From: Malacoraja senta
Taxonomy: Eukaryota
Assembly: GCA_038087875.1 (NCBI GenBank)
Contig: JAXLNO010000033.1
Span: 248,001 to 312,000, forward strand
Length of the DNA stretch: 64,000 nucleotides
Reading direction: 5' to 3'
Part shown: positions 12,491 to 25,540 of the stretch, in pieces
How the letters are laid out: the number at the start of each line of letters is the position of its first letter
How positions within the stretch are numbered: the first letter of the stretch is position 1
Position numbers and translations under genes: made by a program
The notes under the pieces: model-generated
Told to the model about the DNA's origin: nothing
What the model saw: the letters and a program-made list of their open reading frames with translations, nothing else
The model's database searches: none

Positions 12491-13855
12491 ATACTCCACT
12501 CTAGTCCGCGACTCTCCCACTAGTGGAAACATCCTGTCCACATCTACTGTATCCAAGCCTTTCGCTTTTCGGTAATAGCCAAAAACGTTTATTTCCCAGA
12601 GTAGAAATGCCCAACACCACAGGGCATATTAATCGGGTGAAGGGACGAACGTTTAATGTACATGTGCGGGGCGTTTAAGGATGGTGGGGGCCATTAACAC
12701 GTCGCCATGGGCGGTGGTGGAGCCAGATGCAACCGTGGCATTTAAGAAGCTTTTAAATAAGCACATGGATATGCATGGAATGGGAGGATATGAATCCCTT
12801 ACCGGCAGCTGAGACCAGTGGATCTAGGCATCATGTTTGACGCAAACAGTGGTCCATTCTTGTGATAATCTATGTTCTATGTAAAAATGGCCAATATATT
12901 TTAACCTGTGTATCACGCAACGCAATGTGGCAGATATGCAGCATTTTTACTTTCCGGAGGTTGTTGGCTTTCTAAAGAAAATCTGATTCTCCTGCCAATC
13001 TGGATGTTAACTTAAAAAACCCGTCTCTTGTCATTGCTTAACTGAGTCTAAAGTTGATGTTTTCGCATTGGAGAGGGAGATTTCCCTCTGCAATGCTGTT
13101 TGAACAATCGATCTTAACATCGACACTACAATATACCAGGTGATATTCTAATGTTGTGCTTAGCATGTAACCGGTAAATAATAATTTCTCAGGCATTGGA
13201 TGCGACCTGTTATTCAACAGTCTAAAATTACAATTAAAACACTAAGTACTTGAGGTATAACTCCGGGATATGCGCTAATGTAAGATAACCAAGCCCAAAA
13301 CCAAAGTATTAGATAACTAATTACATTAACTTACAATAAGTGTCTCCAAATGCAATACAAATTTAACTACATATTAATTAACTCTTAGAAAAAATGAATC
13401 CTGTAGATGCAAGTATATGATTGGGGTTATCTCTTCTTCATTGCACCTCACATCATTGGTGTTTCGTGGATTTAGGCCCACAACACCTCGGGAAGGCTCA
13501 ATAGTTGGTTCTGACGTCTCAGAAGAACCTCCATCAACACCTGCTCTCACCAATTATGCGACCAGTATCTACTAAATAAAGGAAGCCACAGCCAATTAGC
13601 TCACTCTAACAGATGCTAAACACCTAATCCAATCTTACCCTAATCCTAGCCCATCATTAAGTTTGTAACATCACAAATATCTCCCTTGCATAAGACCGGA
13701 TACATTTGCACAAACTACAATTACAAATTATTACACATACTGCATGCCATACGTTTCCTTTCGGCCCCCAACCGACACTCTTTCTTCTCCACCAAATCCA
13801 CCGACTGCCTTGCTCTTGTGCCTCTGACATTTGCTTTTCAGCCTGATGCAAACTC

Positions 13856-14965
13856 TGTCCTTGAATTTATAGCTCTCCAAATGGCGACGTGGTTGATCTA
13901 ACTATGAAACCTCTACAACCCACCTCTACCGGACGTACTCTTGCTCTCCATCCTTGTTGCCCAACTTCTGCAGCCAACTCCACATATCTAAGCATTTTCC
14001 TTTCAGCCAACTCCACATATCTAAGCATCTGCCAAGGCACCTTCAGTTCTATAAAATACACTATCCGCTGACTAACTGACCATAATACTATATCAGTCAT
14101 CAAACTAGTAGTAATTGTTTCCTGCGGAACAACAAGCGTTCCTCCTAAATATACCCGCATCTCCCAATTATTGGCTCCCCGTAACTGGCCTGACTTATAC
14201 CTATCTGCAAATATCCCTCCTCTGTCTTGCTCTCGGTCACGGACAAAATGAATCGCTACACTCCCAGTCCCGATGCCTACTGAATTCACCTGTACTCTCC
14301 TCCTCTCAATTGCTGCAGCTGTGCACTTCAATACCTGGTTATGCCGTCAAGTATACGGACCCTGAGAAAGACTTGTCCGACATCCAGTTAAAATATGTCT
14401 CGACATTACCACCTCTGAACACAAGGAACACGCCGGGTCCCCACCTACCCATTGCTGAATGTTCTGTGGTGATGGCAGCACATCATAAATAGCCCTTATA
14501 AGGAAACTCACATGATCAGCCTCCATGCACCACTGGTCCCTCCAGCTAAACCTCCTCTTTACTACACTTTCGCAGTTCATCCAATGTCCCTGCTTAACCT
14601 GAGATACTGCCCTTACACATCTCACTGCTTCCTCCTGACGACGTACCGGCTCTACAACTAATTCCTCCTCTCTGTTGGACCAGCCTTAATCCACACGGGT
14701 TTCCCTGTGCTGATCCCTAAGCCTCCTGTCCCTTGCTGCACCCTACCAAAAACATCTATATGCCTCAGAGCTGCTTGTGCTTCTTCTAGTGACTACTTGG
14801 GGTTACACTTCCTCCTTTTAGATACACTTGACACCGGATTAATAACTAAGGTATCCTTACTCCGTGATGATTGCAACTCTAACCTCACCTTAGCACCCTT
14901 AAACTCCACGGTTAGGCTAGACAATGGTAAATGGAGAATACCTTTCCCATATAAACATTTCACCT
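13856..14965 (-). mobile_element. HERO/R2-group non-LTR retrotransposon 3' fragment (CCHC knuckle + restriction-like endonuclease)
   Basis: LIRAIYDVLPSPQN..W...CSLC......HILTGC knuckle, then TDIVLWS...IELKVPW...RY..L....GWRARVRPVEVGCRGF, typical of RLE-bearing HERO elements; frameshifted. Confidence 0.8.
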
Positions 14966-15889
14966 AACAAAACGAATAATCGTTCATGTATTCCCGTCCT
15001 GAATCGCTTTCATTAAATTTGTCTGTGAAAGCAGAGTAAATCATTTGACATAGAGATGCGTAAGCTCAGTGGTATAGTTATCTTTCAATAATGTGTTAAT
15101 ATTCAAACAATTTTTATTTCACGATTTGTGGTAACTATTCAGCTCAATTTACACAGATATATTCCTTGACAATGAAACCAATTAGAATAACGTACAAAAG
15201 ATTTGTGACCCCCATCCTTGTAAGTTTTGGAAAGGAAAAGCATTTATGACAATAGCTTTTCAAAAACAATGTTTCTGTTTATCCTACTTTAGAGGTACAG
15301 CAAGGATACATATTTTCGACCCACCGAGTCCACTCCAACTATCGATCTCCCTTTCACACTTCTATATTATTCCACTTTCACTTCCACTCCCTCCAAACAA
15401 ACGGACAATTTATAGAGGCCAAGCAACCTGTGAGGAAAGCGGAGCAATAGGAGGACACCGGTAACAGGGCGAACGTGCAGGCTCCAAAATGACAGCAACC
15501 AATGTCAGGATCGAATCCTGGTCTCTGGAGCTGTCAGACAGAGGCTCTACCCCCTTTCACCCCCTTTTATTCACAAACTTTCCATACCAGCTTGACACTC
15601 ATATTTAGCCTTTTTTATACTGGGAATACTGTAAATCCGTTAACCCATGCTGTCAACGGTAACATTAGAAGTATGTGATCTTAGATTATTTGTAATAAAT
15701 CGTTGTATTGTAATCTTGTTTCAGTTTATGAAACGAGAAATGAAGAGATGTGATGAATCGACAGTTTTGACCTTCAGCACTCTAGTGTTAATGTGAGCAG
15801 CACTATATTACGCTAAATTATTTAAAAAATAAATCTATTCCTAAAGAACTGTGCTTTGTTATGTCTTAAATTGTTTCCAAAATTGTCCA

Positions 15890-16700
15890 AAATAGGGTGA
15901 TTTTGCAGATATTGGAGGTGGTTATGACAAATTGCAGTATGATCGCGATCGATTGGCCAAGTAGGCTGAGGAATGGTTGATGTAATTTAACGCAGAGTAA
16001 CGTGAGGTTTTGCATTTATGGGACGTTTGATATGAGTAGGACCTACACCGTGAATGGAAGGGCTGTGGGTAATTTTGTAGAGCATAGGGATCTGGAAGTA
16101 CAGGTGCCATCAGCCACGGTATTGAGTATAGAATTTGGGAATTCATGTTGCAGTTGTATAAGGCTTTGTTGAGACCGCATTTATAGTATTGTGTTCAGTT
16201 CTGTGTTATAGGAAATACGTTGTCAAGCTGGAAAGGGTACAGATCAGATTAATGAGAATGCTGCCAGGACTCGAGAGACGAGCTATAGGCATAGTTGGAG
16301 TGGTCTGTGACTCTATTCCTTGGAGCGGGGGATGATGGGCGATCTTATAAAGGTGTATAAGATTATGAGAATAATAGATCGGGTAGATGCCCAGAGTCTC
16401 TTGCCCAGAGTATGTGAATCGTGGACCAGAGGAAAGTGAAGGGGAAAAGATTTAATAGGAATGTAGGGGGTAACTATTTCACACGAAGGGTGGTGAATGT
16501 AAGGAACGAACTGCCAGAGGAGGTAGTTGAGGCATGAACTATCGCAACAATTAAGACACAGTTAAACAGGTACATAGACAGGAAAGGTTGAGTGGGATAT
16601 TGACCAAATGCTGGCAGGTGGGACGAGTAATGCTGGAACATGTTGGCCGGTGTGGGAAAGTTGGGCCGAAGGGCCGGTTTCCAGAATGACTATGACTCGA
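15890..16700 (+). mobile_element. Degenerate CR1 LINE 3' fragment
   Basis: Nucleotide similarity to the 3' half of the CR1 copies at 22893-24149 and 26813-30630. Confidence 0.75.
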
Positions 16701-17099
16701 TAATTCTAATAGTGAATACAATAATATTCGGGTCGAGATTTCTTCTGTAAATATCAAACTGCTTTACGTTCATGCCTTACTACATGATATTCCAATTGAT
16801 AGAACTGTTTTCACGTACATCAAGGTACATCATCATTTTCTTTATCTAAAGGATGTGAACTTGAGTGACGTTGAGCAGAGTTTGGGGTAGCGGTTCTGTC
16901 CAGATTTTTGTGAAATAACTTATGGCCTTCATTTGTTGACAGTAAAGTTAGGCATTCTTCTTCAATTATCAAGACATATTTTGCCGTTAGTGCTGAATTG
17001 ACGCCATTGGCCCAATTCGTGATACCTTAAACCATTTCTTATAAGTATCGCCTGAGGTTAAATGGAATTGGAACCAACGGCTTTTGGAATTCAACACAG

Positions 17100-17578
17100 T
17101 TCAATCTTGCCTTTACAACACAAAGTCTAGCATGTCTAACGAATGCACCCAAATACCACGTAAGAGAAGTAATGGAATGAGAAGTAATGGAAAGACAAAT
17201 AAAAGCAGCATTTTCCTAGATTAATTTCGTAGCTCTCCAAACCGTTCCTGTATAAATGTTTCCACCTGCTGACGAAATAATCGGTGGCAAAGTAAATCGG
17301 TTGCATCTCATGGCAACCGTTTCCAATTGGTCTGCTGCAATATTTTGTTTCCAAAAATTAACGCAACCGATAAACAGACAGATTAGTAATATTTTGTTAT
17401 ATATGGAATGACAAAAAAAATTAAGAAGTATAATTTTTTCATTCTATGCAGGATTAATTCAAATATCAAAACAGATATATGCAGTAGCCATGGATGCACA
17501 TAAATGCATGTAACTAACGGACATCTGAAGGATACTGCATTTCCATAGAGGAACAATTATAAAGAGGGTGAGATAATG
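17100..17578 (-). pseudogene. Highly degenerate GPCR exon-2 relic
   Basis: Acceptor-like TTTGCAG (AG at 17580-17579). Fragments in shifting frames (KCSI, ASMATA, VLIFELILHRMKKLYF, ETKYCSR, PIYF) align with KCGL, VSMAVG, VLIFEVILYEIKDGYF, SKYC, PIYF of the other paralogues. The distal boundary is uncertain. Confidence 0.55.
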
Positions 17579-18493
17579 CTGCAAACATCTTTTTTTAACT
17601 ACTCACCCATTGGCTTATTTGGAGCAAAAAATCGGCACATCGTTTCCATGTTAATTTTCAAAACATTCAACACAAAAGATCGCTTGGCGGATCCCAAGGA
17701 CAAGTAATATTCGTCATATCTAATGCCCGATATGATTGAATGATGCTAGCGTACCTCAATAGCGATAGCCATAACGTTGAAAATTCAGACGTCTCTCAGG
17801 GTGTAGCCATAATTTCGTCACCAGCGAACTGCGAGTAGATAATGGCCAAACGCAAGCTTTCGTTTTAAGCCAACTCTCGCATAAACGGTGCACATTCACG
17901 CCGCTGCAATTTCATCGTTAATAAATATGTAGGCTTGGATTCAATGCAATAACGTCGTCTTTCCTTGATGCAAGAAAGTCCTGTTTTGGCTCAATTTCCT
18001 GATAATGGCGGCAGGTTTGCAATGCCATACCGGGCAAGAACGTCCACTGCCAATTGTTCTGCCAAAAGAGTGTGTTCTCATCTCCCTATTCGACCAAATC
18101 GGTTTACAGCGCGCTTCAATATGTACTTGAAGGTACTTCAATCCAAATACATCCACGTACCTGTTTTGAAGTGCATTCGTGATAATACCTTTCTAAACGA
18201 AAGAAAGGCGTTATTTACCAATCAATGCTGATCGAAAGACAACATATTCCTATATTTTACGCAAGTTCCCGGAGCCTATTCAAATATCCTGGGTGTAATG
18301 GCTGGGCGTGTAACACTGAATGATCGACCAGAACATTGCGACATAATTACGTCCCTGCAAAAACATCATAGGGTAATTCTACTCATATGTATTTGTATTC
18401 AAATTTGACTTTCCCTCGGAGTTATTCATGTCGTCGTCTCAAATGCATGAACAATTATTTCCAAACAGTAAATCAATTATAACCATGCCTTAC

Positions 18494-18563
18494 CAGGAAT
18501 TCCAATTACCGCAAAAATAGGATAGAAAATATATTCTACCAGTACAATGACAGGCAGACCCAT
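18494..18563 (-). CDS. gpr139-like: GPR139-like GPCR gene 1, coding exon 1 (MGLPVIVLVEYIFYPIFAVIGIP)
   Basis: 70 nt from ATG to CCT G followed by a GTAAG donor; same length and phase as paralogous exons at 36747 and 61016. Confidence 0.85.
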
Positions 18564-18810
18564 AATCGTGGAGTAGCTACGTGTGTGGTTAGTTCAATAG
18601 AAACCCGAATCTCCTGCTTTCGATTTACGCTATAAATATATCCCAAGGATATCCCAAGGGTGAATAGAAGAAAACAGAACCATTGCATTGATGTATTGCC
18701 TTTGACAAAATTAAACGCCAGCTTTATTTTCTTTGGTCAATGTTATTCTGGTGCGTTGTGCAATAAACACTCTGACAAATAGCTCAATTAGTGAAACGTG
18801 AGTAATGAAG
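18564..18810 (-). promoter_or_regulatory. Putative proximal promoter/5'UTR of GPCR gene 1
   Basis: TATA-like tract at 18631-18640; two TCCCAAGG repeats at 18641 and 18652 (O/E-like); GAAAGCAGGAGAT shared with the leader of the exon 1 at 26576; TAATTG/TAATGA at 18785-18808. Confidence 0.5.
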
Positions 18811-20261
18811 AAATCATGTTTTTGCACCTCTGATGCATATTACTGAATAAATGCTCCCTCTGCTCTTGAAACAGCTTTCACTTGGTTATGTGTACGATGT
18901 TTATTCGTATTTTCCGTGTTATCACTGCCGACATAAGTTTCATACAGTGATCTCAGAACAATGGTCGGGCTATAAATAGTAATGCAGAATGATCGCGTGT
19001 GTTCACTCAGTCGGTTGGACTGTTTTTCAAAAACTGCGAGGGTAATTGCATTTCTTCAGCTAATTACGAGACTCCGTACTTATTAAACGTTCTTTAAAAT
19101 CATTTTGAAATTAATAAATGCACTGTTATTCTTGAACCTATTCTCTGTTGCTTTTTAAGCAATGCGATTACCAGTATCCTGACAACAAAACATACGTTTA
19201 CATTGCAGGAACGCAAAGCAACACCGATGATTGAAAACGAAAAAGAAGTCACAGAGAGAACAATATGCATTTGTGAGAGGCTGGCCTGTGGCGTTACCTA
19301 GAATATTGAGAACAATTAAATAAAACATTATTGCAATTATGTGTGGCTATTTGTATTGGTTTATTTTTGACACGTGTACGGAAAAAGTGTGTAAAACATG
19401 TGAGTGCGCGAGGTATGTTGGACGATGATAATTATTGTACGCCCTAACCTATGGGAGGTTCGTTTGGTCGTGTGGGGTAGGTTCCCGTCGCACAACTTCG
19501 CCTATCCACTGCCTACACAGGGTCAGTTCCATAGCAGGAGCAAAAACACATTTCCCTCAGTTTGAAGATAAGCAGTTCTTATCTCTGCATCTCAAGTTTT
19601 CAAGTTGTATTGATGGGATTGATGTAGCATTAGGAAGTCAAGGATTCAGTCGCAAAGGGTGTGCTGACTCCGAAGTCATGCATGACAAAGAATACTGATA
19701 TGGTCGATCGATCGCTAGGAAAACATTGCTGTGACACATCAAATGATCGAACAAGTTCATACATGTGTATTCAAGAAAATCGCAACTTAATATTGCATCA
19801 TGAAACAAGCAATAAATCGTGTCTTTCTCACAAATTAACTCCCCTCTTAAATTATCTCACGAAGTATTCATCGTTATATGCCAGGCCTTGCTCACCAATC
19901 GATTGCTTGGTGTATTTAATTCATAAATCAGCTGAGTCGGAGTTGCAACATGTTTGACATTCAGAAACCACGTTACGTGTTGTGCAATAGCTTGAAATAA
20001 TTGTAGTTTCTGTCGGGACACTGCATATTCTTGTACACAATCATTGAACAACATTTAGAAGATAGAGTGGGAAAGGGCACTCAAACATACTGACGAAACA
20101 GGTTATGATTGCTGAGTGGTGGAATTAAGATTCAGTGGAACGTCTCCAGTGTGATTCACAGAGAAGCACATTTTGATAGTGGGGAGATTCAAATTCAACG
20201 GAGGTATTCGACATATTTGTGTGAGCAATTGCCCGCTCTTACATGTCAGACGATCAATGGA

Positions 20262-20610
20262 CATATATGATCTTCTTGTGGATCACAGAGTCTCTTGTCC
20301 AGAGTAGGTGAATCGTGGACCAGGGGACATAGGTTTAAGCTGAAGGGGATAAGGTTTAACAGGAATCTGAGGGATGACTTTTTCACACAAACGGCGGTGG
20401 GTGAATGGAATAAGCTGCCAGAGGAGGCAATTGAGGCAGGGATTATCTCAAAGTTTAAGAAACTGTTAGACCGGTAAATGAGCAGGGCAGGTTTGGAGGA
20501 ATGGAGGCCAAACGCAGGCAGATGGGACGTGTCGCTGGGCACGTGGACCGGTGTAGGCAAGTTGCAAGCTCCTGTTTCCAAGCTGTGTCAATCTATGATT
20601 CTATGAATCT
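20262..20610 (+). mobile_element. CR1 LINE 3' end
   Basis: RVGESWTRGHRFKLKGIRFNRNLRDDFFTQ..WNKLP peptide and (TCTATGA)n tail. Confidence 0.85.
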
Positions 20611-21989
20611 ATGACACAGCCTTCTGCGCCAACAACATGTGAGGCTTGACGTGATTTTTATGATCCAGAATAGACAATGTATCTTCACATTCAGTATACC
20701 TGTAACTAGTTATAAAGCGAAGACTGTCGTTTGTCAGCATTCCACTAGGGCATGCAGCAGTTAAGTGATCTTCTGAACCTCCATCAATCATTTTGCTGCA
20801 ACAACCTCAAACAAGGTTACTGTCGGAAGTTACCGAAAACCCACAGATACTGAAAATTTGAATTAGGGTTAGGGCTAGGCTTGCAGAGATTGACTTCTGT
20901 CTATTATGTGTTTCTTTGGCCTGTTATTCTCATTGATTACGTGATGGTCTAGGCTAGATCCCTAATTCAATGTAATTTCTTGGGGTCTTGGTTGCTGTTC
21001 AATGGTACAATTGTTTCTAAATTATCACGTACCAAGTTACAACGAAGTTATGTTTTTACATGCAGATCAGCAAGAGTATCACTATATATAAGCGATATGA
21101 CCCAGTTAGTACAGAGTGTATAGTACAGCCCAATGATTGCATATGGCAGAAGCGCCATTTTGGCACTATTTCACAGTCCCAGTTGCAGTTGTCCGTAAAG
21201 GCCCTGTCGGAGCCTCTTTAGAAACTGGTTAGCCGAGGGGCGCCACCCGCAGCCGATCTTGAGGGCGAGAAAGGTAATCTTCTTACCGAAACATTTGTCC
21301 AACGTTCGCCGCCGTTGCCAACTCCCTCCATCATTCCCTCCTATTCCCGGTCTTCATTGGCTCACAGAGGCCGGGCTCGCTGGAGGTCCGTCGACAGGGC
21401 TGTTTTCTGTTCCGCAGCAGGCAAGCCAGGCCCGATTTTGGAACCGCCACATGCCTGGAGACATTTCCGCCGCGCGCGGCCTGCCGGGAGACTGTTCCCA
21501 ACATAGGCCATGTTTCATCCCGATAAGAAGGTTACGATGGCGCATCTCTAGATGTTGGTGAAGGTTGTTGCAGACAGGCCGATCTTCCTAAGCCTTCTAA
21601 TAAAACAGGCAGGTTTTGCTTTGTTGGTCATTGCTTTGATGTGACTGGCCTGGGATTAATTGCTGGTAATATTTATTCCTGGGAATTTGATATTTATTCT
21701 TACAAACTTGATATTTATTCCTGGGAACTTGGACTATATATCAATATGGATCAACTGTAAGAAAATATTGGCACGCCAAGTGGATACACCAGCACCAGAC
21801 GGGAAAATTGGAAGCTGTCTCGTAGATTTCTAAATTCAGATTTAAAATAGATTATTGTGAAACTCACCAGGGCGCAATGAAAGTCGTTGTTCACACGAAG
21901 CTCACAACGCAAATAATTTACGTATTTTCATGCTACAATATATACAGCGGTTAGTGCGAAGAAGCAGAATGGTGCAGGGTGTGGAACAA

Positions 21990-24900
21990 CTTATGTGATG
22001 TAGGGCACATTAGAGTACAACAGCGGATTAACGGAATGAGGAAACGTTATGAGTAAGATATGTAGCGGCATATCCCGGATGGGGCTGCAAAATACGATAT
22101 TGTTTCAGTAATCAGGTAGTAGTGAGGAAAAAAGCCATTCTTAAGCCTGGCAATCCGAAGTTTCAAGCTCCTGCATCTTCTCCGAGAAAGTCGAAGAGAT
22201 AAGGTAATGGGATAGTAGGAATCCTTGTCGATACTTCTGGCCTTCTGGTGAAACATATCTTGATATTGAACTGGATTGAAGGAAGTGAAGACCCTATGAT
22301 TAACTGTACTCTGATCCTTCAGGCGTTTATGACCGGCACATTTGGCAGACCCGTTGGAATGTCATCAATGGAGCATCGTAGAATTTCGCCGGTATCCTCG
22401 TGGCCATCGCCATATGTTCTCAGGAACCTAAAAAAAAAATCCACTAATGCACTTTCTTTATGACCGCCTCATTGGTAAAGGAGCGGGATAGGCTGCAAAT
22501 GATATGGATGCCCAGGAACCCGAAGCTCCGGACAATGTGTAGAGTAGGCTCGTTGATGAACATAGGACGTGTGCAACCTCCCGCCTGCATAAGTCAATGA
22601 CCAACTCTGTCATCCTGATCAGTTAAGGTTGTTTCCATGATAGAATACAGATGATTGTTGCCCTCCTTCTAACATTTTCTCTCATTATAGTGAATCAATA
22701 TTGTCGACACCAATGGTATCGGTGAACACAGAACAATTTGGCATTGTATGTGTTCACAGTTGTTGGTGTACAAGAAGAAGTGAGAGGGATTGAATGAACA
22801 CCACTGAGTATCACTGGTGTGTGGTGTCGTGGTGAAGTAATACTATGACCATTTGTAAACTACTCATGTCTGCCGGTCAGGAAGCATTAAAGACCATATA
22901 ACCATATAACCATATAACAATTACAGCACGGAAACAGGCCATCTCGGCGCTTCTAGTCCGTGCCGAACACTTACTCTTACCTAGTCCCATCTACCTGCAC
23001 TCAGACCATAACACTCCTTTCTTTGCCCGTCCATATACCTATCCATTTTATTTTTAAATGATAAAATGGAACCTGCCTCCACCACTTCCACTGGAAGCTC
23101 ATTCCACACAGCTACCACTCTCTGAGTAAAGAAGTTCCCCCTCATGTTACCCCTAAACTTTTGTCCCTTAATTCTCAAATCATGTCCTCTTGTTTGAATC
23201 TTCCCTACTCTGAATGGAAAAAGCTTTTCCACGTCAACTCTGTCTATCCCTCTCATAATTTTAAAGACCTCTATCAAGTCCCCCCTTAACCTTCTGCGCT
23301 CCAAAGAATAAATACTTATCTTGTTCAACCTTTCTCTGTAACTTAGGTGCTGAAACCCAGGCAACATTCTAGTAAATCTCCTCTGTACTCTCTCTATGTT
23401 GACATCTTTCCTATAATTTGGCGACCAAAATTGTACACCATACTCCAGAATTGGCCTCACCAATGCCTTGTACAATGTTAACATTACATCCCAACTTCTA
23501 TACTCAATGTTCTGATTTATAAAGGCCAGCACACCAAAATATGTATTTACCACCCTATCTACATGAGATTCCACCTTCAGGGAACTATGCACAGTTATTC
23601 CTAGATCCCTCTGTTCAACTGCATTCCTCAATTCGCTACCATTTACCATGTAGGTCCTATTTTGATTTGTCCTGCCAAGATGTAGCACCTCACACTTATC
23701 AGCATTAAACTCCATCTGCCATCTTTCAGCCCACTCTTCCAAATGGCCTAAATCTCTCTGTAAACTTTGAAAATCTACTTCATTATCCACAACACCACCT
23801 ATCTTAGTATCATCTGCATACTTACTAATCCAATTTACCACACCATCATCCAGATCATTGATGTATATGACAAACAACAGTGGACCCAACACAGATCCCT
23901 GAGGCACCCCACTAGTCACCGGCCTCCACCCTGACAAAAAATTATCCACCATTACTCTCTGGTATCTCCCATTCTGCCACTGTTGAATCCATCTTGCTAC
24001 TCCATCATTAATACCCAACAATTGAACCTTCTTAACCAACCTTCCATGTGGAACTTTGTCAAAGGCCTTACTGAAGTCCATATAGACAACATCCACCGCT
24101 TTACCCTCATCAATTTCCCTGGTAACCTCTTCAAAAAATTCAAGAAGACGCTTTAGATGGAGATCCTAAAGCCAAGGTTCAGAAGTTTACGGCTGAGCTC
24201 ATTCTTTACTATGGTGTTGCCAATGAACCTGTATTACCGAATAGCATTCCAACACATATATTGCTGTTATCAAGGGGTTCAGAAGCTGGATGGATTGCAA
24301 GAGAGTTGGGATGATCCATAAACAATTTTGTGGCAAATTACAGGGAGTAAAGATTATCCTTCAGAGCGGTGCAGACGTGGGCTATTACCATTCTTTTAAT
24401 GCACTTTATAATGGTTGATGTTAAAGGTGCTGGGCGGCATTTCTGAGACAGGGCATTTTGTTTTTACTTAGTGACTGGACTGATGTAAGTTTCCTTGAAG
24501 CAGATGGGGTCGTGGAATGTTGAAGTGAGATGTTAATAATGGCAGCGAAGATTGTGCCAGTTAATTGTCGCACGATATCAGAACTCACCCAGGTATTCCC
24601 CCCGCGCAAGCAGCTTCCTCTAAGTTTACATTTCTGGAAGGGGATTTGACTTCCATCGCGATGTAAGGGGCAGACGGTGCAAGGTGGAAGTGTGTTCACT
24701 TGGCACCCTCGTGATTTAATTGAGCATCAAGCTTGCTACGGAAATCTCTTCTTGCATCCTTGCAGAGATGATGATTGGACCTTTGTACACTCGAGGATCA
24801 CCGGTCCTGAATTCCTCGGATCTGGGCATTAGCAGAGAGTAAATCTCCCTCTACATCAGCGATTGTTGGTTAAGATAGATGTAAACTGTGGTTGATAAAA

Positions 24901-25540
24901 CGGAATCGACAGCGTATTTCTGGATGAAATTGAGCAGTACTGAGATGTGCTCGTTCAAGCTGCATCAAGTGGTCTTGATCACGTTCCAGTTCAGTGACTC
25001 GAAACACTCTGGAAATGGACGCTGGGCATCTTCACGCCGCTACTACATTACACTATACTTTGGTATCTCATGCTCCAATCACAATATGTAAGCCGACAGA
25101 AGACACTCAAACAGATGCCTAGACTGGCCAAAAGGAGGGAAAGGAAACGAGCGATTAACAACCTTTAATGTTGTAGAGCAATGATCGAGAGTTTTACCAT
25201 CCCCCTTGGCGCAAGGACGTTCGGATTGCATTAATGATACACGTTTATTTTAAGCTTCATTGGAGTCAGCGGTGATACAGAACTGGATATCCGCATTCTC
25301 AGTCTGAAAGCAATGGACCATCCTATATAACACGTCCAGTGCTGCGACGGCTTTGGCTTGTGGTGGTTTGTGGACTGCGGAAAAGATAGTTGAGGTGAAT
25401 TCCCACGGTAGATAAACAGTGACGGGATATTAACAACGGCTATTCCTGGCAAGGAGAGTGGGATCGTCAAGTGCACCAAGAAGCACTGGCCAAAAGGAGA
25501 AGCCGCAACTTTTCTCTTCGGCCCTGCCATACAATAAGTG
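21990..25540 (-). mobile_element. Old, degenerate Rex1-like LINE interrupted by a younger CR1
   Basis: Peptide relics QKARSIDKD...RRCRSLK.RIARLKNGFFP (22047-22256) and QLTGTIFAAIINISLQHST.P...K.PCL (24421-24699) resemble Rex1 ORF segments. Boundaries are approximate. Confidence 0.6.
22893..24149 (-). mobile_element. 5'-truncated CR1 LINE with open RT C-terminal frame (22981-24096, 371 aa)
   Basis: DFSKAFDKVPH, SGVPQGSVLGPLLF, YADD; (TATATGGT)n tail at 22893-22918; AAGAC at 22890 and 24145 is a possible TSD. Confidence 0.92.

Noticed and set aside
13080..13400. Additional GPCR relic (GYML on the minus strand; AAGTGTCTCCAAATGC on the plus strand)
   Set aside because: Matches are too short and on conflicting strands.
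17600..18480. Unique CpG-containing intronic stretch with 71-88-aa ORFs
   Set aside because: No convincing domain; LKYLQVHI..W hints at an ancient LINE relic but is too weak to annotate.
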